DNA of 64,000 nucleotides, taken from Camelus ferus. Its lineage: Eukaryota. The notes beneath the pieces were generated by a model, which was not told the DNA's origin, searched no databases, and worked only from the letters and a program-made list of their open reading frames with translations. Each line of letters opens with the position of its first letter. Position 1 is the stretch's first letter. Positions 53,295-64,000 of this stretch are shown piece after piece. The translations under genes were made by a program, and so were the position numbers. The stretch lies in NCBI RefSeq assembly GCF_009834535.1, contig NC_045696.1, positions 86,430,001 to 86,494,000 of the forward strand, given 5' to 3'.

Positions 53295-53430
53295 ATCCCC
53301 ATTTTAACCCTAAGAATTAGGCCCTTGTTTTTTCAAATGAAAGAATTAAGACTTGGAAATGTTAAATAATTTGCCTAATTACTTGAAGTAAAAGATACTG
53401 GATTTGAACCCAGATTCTTGACTTAAATTC
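53295..53430 (-). mobile_element. MIR SINE
   Basis: 'ttttcaaatgaaagaattaagacttggaaatgttaaataatttgcc...ggatttgaacccaga'. Confidence 0.75.
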
Positions 53431-54033
53431 TTAGTAACCGAAATACCAATGTCTAAGGATGACAGTGTGATAGGTAGAGGCCCCAGTTTCCCAGGCAACA
53501 TGGAACTCCCATTCTAGAAAAACATATCACTTTCTCATTCTCCTAAATTCCTTGACCAGGGATAACTGACACAGTATATAACAGCTGCTAGAACCTTGGA
53601 ATAAGACAATAAATTAGAAGTGCATATCAAAGAGTGGGATTATAATTAGCTTTCAGCAGAAATAAACAGGAGAAGGAATTTCCTAGAAAAGGAAAGGAAG
53701 AAATGAGACAGATCTTATATCCAAGCTAAGTGATGACAGAACACTTTATAACAAGTGAGCGAAAGTACCCCAGCGTTTGAGTTGAGGAAGGAGAATAAAA
53801 AACAAGTCCCTAGAAGAAAAGGGTGGGAAAGGGGCACCATTACATGAGGAAAAAGAGGACAGAAATGAGGGAGCAGAGAAAAGGACACTTTTTGTTTCTG
53901 AGAATTCAGTCTAAAAACATGAACGTGCTGTTGGTTTCATAGGTCAGGGAACCGATAAAAAGAATAGTCCAATAAACATAAGGGGGTCTGTCCCTGATAG
54001 TGGATGACAGCTACAGATGTGAGCGTACAGAAC

Positions 54034-54065
54034 TATTTTGCTATTCTGATATTTTGCTATTCTGA
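54034..54065. repeat. Perfect 16-bp tandem duplication
   Basis: tattttgctattctga x2. Confidence 0.95.
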
Positions 54066-54324
54066 CTCTCCATCATGCTATGTGATAACTCAGGAGTGAA
54101 GACATCTTTCCTGGAGTCCTGAGTCCTTCTTTTTCTGTCTGCACTGGTCCATCACTAAGCCTCATGTACAGTCCTCACCCTTGTGTTTCTCCTTCCCTGT
54201 ATCCCTGTGATTTTCCTAGAGTCACGTCTGTGTTGAATTTCTGTATCCCAGGTGTATCTTTTTATTCATTCAATTTGAGGAGCACATTCTCCCAATAATA
54301 GTTTTTTTTCTTACAATTCTTTTT

Positions 54325-54480
54325 TATAATACTGAGAAACATGGCCTTTATTGTGTATTACACTTGTACGTATTTGCTCAACCTAGAATATACATAAAGT
54401 AGCTTCAAAATTGCTAACCCATGTCCCTGAAAAAAAAACCCCACCAACTAAACAAACAAACAAAAAGAGCAGGGTTTTTG
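54325..54480 (-). mobile_element. L1MC/MD-type 3' fragment
   Basis: 'tatttgctcaacctagaatatacataaagtagcttcaaaattgctaaccca'. Confidence 0.65.
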
Positions 54481-54516
54481 TCTTTTCTTCCCATGTATTT
54501 CATACTTTATAATTTC

Positions 54517-54519
<3 letters not shown>

Positions 54520-54563
<44 letters not shown>
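54520..54563. repeat. (TA)22 microsatellite
   Basis: Perfect dinucleotide run. Confidence 0.98.
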
Positions 54564-54567
<4 letters not shown>

Positions 54568-56225
54568 GATGTAACAGTGATATGAGGTGGGTGATGCAGA
54601 TAATGTTATCACTCTTATTTTTCACAGAAGGAAAAAAATATATATATATATATATTTAAAAAGTGTTCTTAGTAGAGAACCAGTAAGACAAAGTTATACC
54701 AAACATAGTACATAACTATACCATTGGTCAGAAAACCAGTGAATGGTTAAGCCAAAGCCAAAATCACTGTCCAAACCTTCAAAATCTGAAGGCAGGAATA
54801 CAATTTCATTCAGTCCTATGGACACACATTTTTGTGAGAAAGGTTGTGTAGGACTCATGCAGCGTAAGATCTCGTAGAGAATATACTAGGAAACAGCCTG
54901 GAGACAGAAAAAATGTCCAGATAAGAGTAAACATAGATCTGAAATTGAAATAAAGATAATATGTCAGAGTAACTGTAGGAATAATATTTTGGGGTTTTCC
55001 TGGGTGAAAAGAGACAACATGAGGACTTGATTGTATAGTATTAGTTATGCACTGGATATGCTGAATTTGAGTTTCTTCTGGACTATATATTAGTGATTTT
55101 GAGAAAAAGGAGTAAGAGTCTTAGAAGAGTCACAGACATTTATATATGTCTTTCAATTTAAAAGTAAAGTTTAAGAATTGGAATTCTAGCGCCAGACTTG
55201 CCTGGTTCAAAAACCAGCACTGTAACTTCCATGTTTAGGTCAAGTCTTGATTTTTCATTATGGAATAATTAAAGTATCTTTTGTTGAACAGTATCATTAT
55301 CTTTTGTTTGGGGGGATTTTTTTTTTCTCAAATACAGTCTTACAAATGAAACATAAAACTTTGAAAAAATAAGGATTAATAAGCAAAGAATGTGGAACAA
55401 GCTATCAAAGTAGCAATGAGAAAGAAAAGTTAAATTGAGACCATTCTTTATAGTCTTGTGAAAAAGAAAAAAAAAGATGCAACTTTAAAATTATTAGAAA
55501 TAATACTAGTAAGGGTAACTATAGTTTCTGGTTTGAGAAGAAAGAATGTTGACATAAAAATGAACCACATCTACTGAATAGCTTACTCAAAATTGCAGAG
55601 GGTTCCATAGGACGGAATTAAAGGAAGATGGCTGGAGGTAAAAGAGATATGAGAAAAGAAAGAGGTAAGCTACGTGATCATTAAAGTAGTGGAAATTAGA
55701 AGAGAGTAAGAGATACATATGATGATATTAGCAATCATTTTTGAAATGAGACTAGCACTTTAATATTCCTCTGACCCCTGGAGGTAAAGGAGGCAGGGAG
55801 TCATGAGGAATTACCATCTGAAACACTAATAATGGCAGATGGCAGGATCAAATGGTTCCCTGGAGGGGGCACTAATGAACCAACAAGAAGCGAGGCCTAT
55901 ACACCATAATAAGCAGTCATTGGTTTTTCTTTCAGTTAAACATAGTCAGTATGTTTGAAAACAATGTCTAAAAGTTGTTGGAAAACTCTGACTTTTCCCA
56001 GCTGGTAAATTTCCATATAGTATAACATAATTCTGTTTAGCCTTGCTAGAATACTTTCATTAAATTAAAACAACAACAATGGCAAATTGAGAATGAAAAA
56101 TCCAATTTATACCTGATATTTGAATGATAAGCTTTTTACTTAAAGTTTTTACAGGATCAATAATAATTGCTAAAACATTTTGTAAATTGTATGACCTTTA
56201 GCTTATATAAGACCTCTATTTCTTT

Positions 56226-56870
56226 AAAGCAATCATCTGTACAGTAGGACTGAAATCTCCAGGTGTGTTTGGGCATCACATGCAGCTATTATTTTCTACA
56301 TAATGACTAAATAAAAATTTGTCACAAAAGCAGCAATGCAACTGAAAATGCCAAAACTCTAAGACATCTTGAATATTCACAGGATACAGATAATAGGAAC
56401 AATTCTGGGAAATATGATCTACATTGCTGCAGCAAATGAAAAGCATCAACATAAAGTTATCAAGTAGAATTTGAGAGTTTGTTTGGAGGTCTTGGAATAT
56501 GAACATATCTACTCTTATATTCATATCTGAAAAAAGGAACATTTCACTCCCGTATTACCTCCAGGATGAGGATATCCATCTAGCCAGACAAAACAACTCT
56601 AGAAATCAATGGGATTACAAATTGAAGTCAAGTCAGCCACAGATCACAAGGTAACAAGTATAAAGCGTTTCAGGGATTTGCAAGGTGATGTGACAACACA
56701 GATAAGGATTCAACTGAAGTTATACAATAGTTGGAGGATTGTTAGGTTGTCTCACAAAATATTTGCTATAACATTTAGCGAGATTCCACTTTATCAGAGC
56801 AAAGTGGCAGGCTTGATGTTGGCCACTCCAAAGCTTTCAAGCAAGTTGGAAATTTACTATGTGTAAAGAA
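56226..56870 (+). mobile_element. Putative fossil R4/Dong-clade LINE (Mam_R4-like) reverse transcriptase fragment
   Basis: Frameshifted translation gives ordered blocks KAI...KSPG.FG, YLQDEDIHLARQ, KRFRDL, YNSW and HFIRAKW. These are colinear with recalled R4 RT motifs. Confidence 0.45.
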
Positions 56871-57051
56871 GACCAAAGACTAGCTATACAGAAAAAATGT
56901 TAATGGACTATGCATTCAGCATTAGATAGACATAGGGTAGATAATAAATATTGAATACTATATTAAGAAAGTTCTTTGAATAAGTTAAAATAATAGGTAT
57001 TATAATATATAATATTTTAAATAATGTAATGCTATTTTAAAAATTAAAAGT

Positions 57052-57161
57052 AATTAATTTATTTTTAATCTTTTGTTGTTGTTATTAATGGAGGTGCTGG
57101 GAATTGAACCCAGGACCTTGTTGATGCTAAGGCCAAACTCTACTGCTGAGCTGTACCCCCT
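57052..57161 (-). mobile_element. tRNA-derived camelid SINE (Vic-1 type), more diverged
   Basis: 'atggaggtgctgggaattgaacccaggaccttg...gctaag...ctctactgctgagctgtacccc'. Confidence 0.85.
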
Positions 57162-58449
57162 ACAAAAGAACAGATATTAGAAAAAGACAGAGGTAATGAA
57201 GGAGGGAAAAATTACATAAGCCAATGCTTGGAGACAATAAACACACTGAATTAAAAAGAAAATGGTTAAGCATGGAGCCTACATAGTAGAGAAACGAGAA
57301 AAATAAGTCATTGAGATGATAAGAAAAGAAAGCTGTTTCAGAGAAGTCAGTATCAGTCTGTGACGTTTAAAATGAATATATTTGACCTGTTGGAGTTTCT
57401 CAAATACATTCAAACAGGGGATGATCAATGTTTGCTTAATTCACTGCAATATACTTTAAAAGTGCTTCACAAAGTAGGTTGGGTTGGCAAATAAAAGTGC
57501 AAGTTAGAGGAATATTGGTTAGAATCATGAGTTTTTAAAAAATCAACTTCATAGTGGCTATAATCGGAGCACTTTACAGTTGTGTAAAATTTTATAGCAT
57601 TATTTTATTTCATCATATAAAGTGAATTTTTAAGACCATAATAATTTTATACATTTTGGAAAAAATTAAAAACTAATCTCACCTCCTCATATGACTGTTT
57701 TATTTCTTCTTATTGTTCTTTTGCTCATACACATGTATCTTTTAATTAGGAATGATCATAGATTAGATCTCTTTGCAATCTTGCCTGTGTGTGTGCATGT
57801 ACGTATACCATATTAACGTCCATGGTGCTAAAAGGTATTCAAGATTAATGGTTATGCATATTTAATAGCCTTAAAAATATCTTGTCATTTATGTGATAAA
57901 TTATCCATTATTAGTGTTTTTTAATCTTTCATATATTAAACCTTAAAAATCATTATTCAGTGTATGCATTTTAAAATATTTTGAATAATTTTAAGTTCCT
58001 ATAAGCAAGTTCAACAGGGTCAAGAGTAGGGATGTCTCTATATCTCTCCCAATGTACCACATTAGTTTCCCAAAGAATTTCTACCAATTTAAACAAACTC
58101 CAGCTGTTTTCACTCTTCTGAGCTGCCATTTTAACCAAGAAAAGAAAGATGATATTTGAGAATTTAAACAAACAAGACCTTTCAATAGATCTTAATTGTT
58201 ATTTAACATGAGAATTACAGGAGGGAAAAATTAAGCATAGTTCCAACTTTAATTTTAATCCCATTATGTTGTTACAGTTTTAATGTTCTCACACTTGTTC
58301 AAAAGAACAGGACTTTTTTTAAGATAGAGGTCAAAAGCACTATCACCAGAAAATCAGACTGAGAGATAGAGTCATTACCTGTGCAAGCAGTGATTTTGTT
58401 TTTAATGGATACAGATATGTGTCGGGCTTTTATAATTTGCTTGTTTTAT

Positions 58450-58585
58450 CTCCACAACCATCCTTTGAGTTAGAAGCCATCAATCTTACTTTTATATACG
58501 AAGAAGCTAAAGCTTACAGAATTTAAAGAGTTTTTTGCCAAGGTCATAGAGTTAGTATATATAGCAGAGCTAAAATTCAATGAAG
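58450..58585 (-). mobile_element. MIR SINE
   Basis: 'cacaaccatcctttgag...gaagaagctaaagcttacaga...ccaaggtcatagagttagt'. Confidence 0.75.
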
Positions 58586-58929
58586 TTTTAAATTGCATTC
58601 ATGTCTCATGATATAATAAGTACATTCTAGGTATTTTACTTTTTATTGTGTTATTGTTATGAGTATATTTTTGTTATAGTTTCTAACGTGTTTTTGTTTT
58701 TGTACGGAAAAATGTTAGTTTGTATTGCTCTTTTATCTGCCCTATTTACCATCTCTTATTGCTTATACAATTGTTACAACTAGTTCTCTTGAATATTTTA
58801 GATTTTTTTGGAAAAATATTTGGTCTCTCACAAAGACATAATTTAGTAAAAGTATTTGTAATTAGGATTCATACAGTTTGGAGAGAGGAAGAAAGAGAAG
58901 GCAGAGAGAGAGAGAGCAGAACCAGAGGG

Positions 58930-59300
58930 AAAAGTTACAACTAACTTTGAGTTAGTACAGGAGGTGAATTTAAATCTCTGATTTAAGACTGTGGTTGTGG
59001 AAACAGAAAAAAGGCAGAGATGAAAAAGACATTAAAATTTCTAAGTATCTTGAAAAGTGAGCAAGAAAGAGAAAGTCATTAATAATAACTCCAAAAGTTT
59101 GCATCTAGATATTATTGCTCAATGTAGAAGACTAAGTCTTAATTAAAAGTTAGAGTTGGAGTCTATATCCAAGTCTCCATTACAACAATGTGTTCAAAAG
59201 TTATATGGCAATACTGAGGTAGAAAAGATAGGAGAGTTGAAGCAATGGAGATAGATGGATAAAAATGGTGAGTTAACGTTACTGAAAATTTTTAAAAAGG
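58930..59300 (-). mobile_element. LINE-2 fragment
   Basis: 'gactgtggttgtggaaacagaaaa...aagtcattaaataataactccaaaagttt'. Confidence 0.55.
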
Positions 59301-61179
59301 AAGGGATAAATAGAGAACTAGAAACTACCCATAGTTATAAAATAACAAAAATCATTATGTTTAATTTTAAAATGAGGGCTCATTTTTATTCCAGGTGTAC
59401 ATATGTCATTGTGCTACAAATTATTCTCAATATGTTATGTTCTTACTATTTATCATTTTATAGATTTCTTACTATACTTATTATTAGGCAAATGAGGAAT
59501 ACAGTAACATTTAATATTTGGATCTACTTCAGAGGAACAGTGTGATTGAAAAATCTTTAATGCTCAGTAGATGCTGATAGTGGTCACAATGTAACAAAAT
59601 ACTACCTATACACTTTTATCTTTAGAAAACTTAAAATTTTGCCAAGAATATTAGTGTGAGACACATCTCTTGTTAGAGCAAGAAGTACAAGTAGAAATAC
59701 AACCAAACTGTTTATCATCATAATATTTATGATATGAGTAGAATAGATTGAGAAAATTAATTCTGGAGATGTTTAACCATGAATTAAAATTTGCCACTTT
59801 CAATGGAAGGTTGGGATCCCAAATCTTTACATTTGTTTTGTCTCTAAGTAACTTGGTAAAAGTTTTATTATTATTTTTGGAAATAGAAATGGACTATATA
59901 GTATAATGATTTCCCTTTTAATGCATTATAACATTTGAAGTCTTTTTGTCTTTTGTTCTTTTCTAAAGTCCTTTGTTATGAAATTTCAATGAAACTTCAA
60001 GTGGTTTCAATTCATAGTTATCCTTAAACAGCATACTTTTAAAATCTGAACGCAAAATTTAAATTGTGTAATCCAAATATATTTTTAGGAATAATTATCC
60101 TATTTTTTAAAATAGTCTCACTAAGAGAATAGAAATACTCATTTTTATATTACAGATGTAATTTATTTTTTTTTCCCTGGTTTTAAAAGCAAAGCAAAAT
60201 GTTTAAAAAGTAAAAGTAAATATAAGAAAAAGATTTTCATAATTGTCAGGTGTTTTACATGTGTTTCTTTAAGCTGCTTGTTTTTTGCTCGGTAGCAATT
60301 AAAAAGTTATCAAATAGGCAATACAAGGTGAACACATTCTGTGCAAATGAAGTTTAAGTGTACTCAGATTCTAGAAAATAACTTCCTTACATGGAGAATG
60401 AAGTAGAGATTTTGTTTCCTAGGGGTCACCTCAACTGAGTGCCACTTAAAAATCAACTGATTGCCTAATGGTAACCAGCATTTAATTATAAATACAATTG
60501 CCAAGTGTAAAATACAGAAAGTTCAAAGTTGTATTATTTTTTAATGAATGTAAAAAATGTAACAGGCCCAAATATTGTTTCATAATAAAAAGCTACCAGC
60601 CATTAACTGAGTTTAAAGCTCTGTTATATTTAAGCAGAGGGAAAGTTCAAGGCATTTTAAAATTGCCTGTTAAAGTGCTTTTCCTCTGTAAGCCAGAGGC
60701 TTGATGATTCATTATTTCATCCTTCCATTTTCAGAGCTCCCAAAGGAAAAGGATCACTTTTCATGTAATTGTAGGGGTATTTTTCTGTGAGAGAATATTA
60801 AACAGAAAATTTCAAACTAGGTTAAAAAAATGATAGATGCCACTGTAATTTTATAAAATATCTGCACAAAATAACTTAGGTGTTATTAATTTATATTTAT
60901 TAGTTTCTTATCTAATGTTGAGAGATGAGATCATCTGCATAACAAAGGTTCAGTGTAATCAACAGGATTAAGATCCCAAATCTCCAATTTTTTTGTTTCT
61001 GTGAATTTTACGACTCCAACAAAGACCGTATTGAAGATGATTTAACTATGTTTACGTTTTTCAGCATTAAAAATTGTTATTTATCATAGTGATGCTCTTT
61101 ATTTTCACTAAGTAGAGTGATCTGGGTCCACATTAAACGATCCATGATTTTGCTGCCATCTTTGTTGATACTATTTCGG

Positions 61180-62705
61180 ATTTTTAAAAAATCACATACA
61201 ATAAAATTGAATTGTGTATGTGAGTATGTGTACCATTTTACAAATTTTAACACTACTACAATTGATACGTAAAGATTCCTTCACTCAAATAACCCTTTCT
61301 TATGTCATTTCAGTCCCAGGCTCCCCTCACCTTAACCTCTGGCAAACAGCAACCTATTCTCCATCACTATAGTTGTGTCTTATAGAAAATACCATACAAA
61401 TGAAATTACAAAGTATGTAACCTTTTCGGACTAGCTTGTTTCACTCAGTGTATTGTCCTTGAGATTCATCTCCATTCTTTGTGTGTATCAATAGTTTAGT
61501 CATCTCTTGGCAGAGTTGAATTTTATTATATGGCAGTTTCAACATTTTGTTTTTCAATTGAAGGGTGTTTGCTTTGATTTCTGTTTGGGGCAATTGTGAA
61601 TTGTCATGATATAAATGTGTATATGGGTTTTGGTGAGAATTCAAGTTTTCATTTTTCTATGGTAAATACCTAAAAATGGAATTGCTAGGGCATATGGTTA
61701 AGTTTGTTTCACATAAAAGAAAATGCTAAACTATTTTCCATCACAGCTATAACATTTTTTATTCCCAGTGGTAATATATGAGTTTTAGTTGCTCCACATT
61801 CTTATCATTATTTGGTATTGGCAATATTTCTCCTTTTACTCATCCTAATAGATATGTAGTAACACTTCATCATGGTTTTAATTTTCATTCCCTAGTTGCT
61901 AATAATGTTGCTTATTTTTTTATGTGTTTTTGCTATTAATATATTCTTTTTAGTGAAGTGTATGTTCAAGTACTTTCCCCAACTAAAAATTGGGTTTTTT
62001 TTTTTGCTGTTGAATGTTGAAAGTTATTTATATATTCTGGATAAAAATCATTTGTTGAACATGTGCTTTGTAAGTGTTCCTACCAGGCTCTGGCTTTTTA
62101 TTCTTTTAAAAGTGTCTTATGTAGAGTAAATATTTTAAATTTTGATGAAATCTAATTTATCATTTGCTTTTATGCATATCATTTTATTATGGGTGTCATG
62201 CTTAGCAACTCTCTGCCTAAGTCCAGGACATGAATATTCTTATGTGTTTTCTTCCAAAATAGTTGTATTTTACAAAATTTTATAAATTTTACATTTAGGC
62301 ATCCATTTTTGAATCTTTTTCCTATAAGGTGTGATGTTTAGGTTGAGATTTGTATTTTTGGAAGTGGATGTCCATTTAAAAAGACAATTTAATTATTTTA
62401 TACCTTTGTGAAAACAATTCACCATATTTGTGTGGATCTATTTCTGGACTCTGTCTTCTATTCCATCAATCTATGTGTTTATCTCTTCACTAAAGTCAGG
62501 TGCTGTTTTTAAGAAATTTCTTCTTTTGTCAAAATTTTGTTAGTCATTCTAATTCCTTTACCTTTTTATATAACTTAAAATCAGATTGCTTATACCTATG
62601 AAAATTTCTGCTGGAATTTTCATTCAGACTGTTAAATCTGCAGGTCAGTGTAGGCAGAATTATAATTTTTATTGTCTGAGTCTTCCAATCCTAAAACACA
62701 GTAAA
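61180..62705 (-). mobile_element. L1MC/L1MD-type 3' UTR and ORF2 end
   Basis: 'cctctggcaaac...ttctccatcactatagtt...tatgtaacctttt...ttcactcag', 'tttagtgaagtgtatgttcaag', 'atttgtgtggatctatttctggactct'. Confidence 0.9.
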
Positions 62706-63084
62706 TTGATTGCTTTTTAACCAATTTTTATTTTCGTGAACATGCACACATATAATAAACCTATAGAATATGTAAATAACATTATGTTATATATATCATA
62801 TCAACAATTTGATAGCAAATTTGAGTGGCTCAAAAATATGTTTTTGTAAAATAAAAGGGTAACCTACATTCTGTAAATAATTGGAATTACTTAATAGTTG
62901 CCTAGTTTGTGTTTTTAAAAGCTGTTGACCAAAGCACCTCAAAATAAAAAATAGTTTTAAAAAAATGAAAAGAAGAAAAAGAAAAAGGAGCTGGATCAGC
63001 CTGAGCACACTTAAACGTGGACTCCAGTGTGTGTGTTTGTCTGTGTGTTAGAAAACTTTAATGTAGTAAGTTTCTAAGAATCTT

Positions 63085-63215
63085 AATCCAAATTCCCCCT
63101 TTTAAAGATGACCTGAAGACAGGATAAATTAAGCACGTTGTCAAAAGTCAATAACAATTCATTGTAAGACCTAGAACTAACTTTTAATTCATTACTATCT
63201 TACCCTATTCAACTG
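63085..63215 (-). mobile_element. MIR SINE
   Basis: 'cccttttaaagatgacctgaagacaggataaattaagcacgttgtcaaaagtca'. Confidence 0.55.
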
Positions 63216-64000
63216 TACACAGACTTGTTTTACAGGTTGCACAGAAACAGGAACTCTACACCTAAGAAACATTTGAAACCTCACAACAAAGCGGATATTG
63301 TGAAAGTTCATCAAAAAGGTAACATTAATTTTAAGGTGACTTTCAAGATGTTTAGTGACAACAGGAGAATAGTTCTAAAATAATAATTCAATTTTCTGTA
63401 CAACAAATGGCTGCTCTGTTAAAGTATTTGGTCTTTATGAAGATAAATGAGACATAAAATTTTTTATGACTGCCATAGGGCAAGGTAAATTTAAATTTAC
63501 TTTATAAGAACTAACAGGATGTTTCTATTTTAGAAAAAGTGACTTTGTTTTTAATTGAATAGAGTAGTTTTAATCTCTGGTTTGTTCATTTTCATACATT
63601 TTCTTGTTTAAAGTCACCTCTTAATTTTGAGGACACAGAAACTTAAAAGACAAAAATTAAAGAGCTAAAAAGCTGTAACTATTTCAAGTCTTAGTTTATA
63701 TTCCTTAAACATTTCCCACATTTTGCAGAAAATTGGATAAAATCCGTATGCTGTTGAATTAAGGCAATTCTGTAATACAAATTGCATTCTAAAGAGGCAA
63801 GATTAGTTTTGAAGGGAAATTCTGAGTACTAAAGTTTATGCAGTGACTTCTGGCTGTAGCATATTGCAAGACAGTGCTGGAAACCTTCCATTAGCTCCCC
63901 TGCCCAGATGCATGCTCTACTTCTCCCTACCTTGGTGTTTTTTTCCTGAGACGCTGAGCTGTGTAGCCTGCGTGACAGGGATCCCTTGTCCCTTCTGCTT

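Noticed and set aside
1..64000. CRISPR array, operon or prokaryotic defence system
   Set aside because: The sequence is eutherian repeat-rich DNA with no regularly spaced repeat-spacer array and no long ORFs.

Overview
AT-rich, CpG-poor mammalian genomic DNA, most likely camelid (camel/alpaca/llama). The evidence is two Vic-1-type tRNA-derived SINEs and young cetartiodactyl-type L1 3' UTR insertions. No protein-coding gene, RNA gene or prokaryotic feature could be confidently identified, so the window is intergenic or deep intronic. Much of it is interspersed repeat: L1MA/L1M/L1ME, L2, MIR, MaLR (MLT1), ERVL (LTR33), ERV1 LTRs and hAT elements (MER58A, MER63A, MER113-like). Four points stand out. 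(1) A cluster of young ERV solo LTRs includes two ~96% identical 458-bp direct copies 7.3 kb apart; they mimic a provirus, but each has its own TSD. (2) A probable fossil R4/Dong-clade LINE reverse-transcriptase fragment lies near 56.2-56.9 kb. (3) Two independent young L1 insertions are truncated at almost the same 3' UTR position. (4) There are a few weak splice-site-bounded exon candidates, one with an LRR-like translation. Repeat family names come from recalled consensus sequences. Boundaries of old repeats are approximate.
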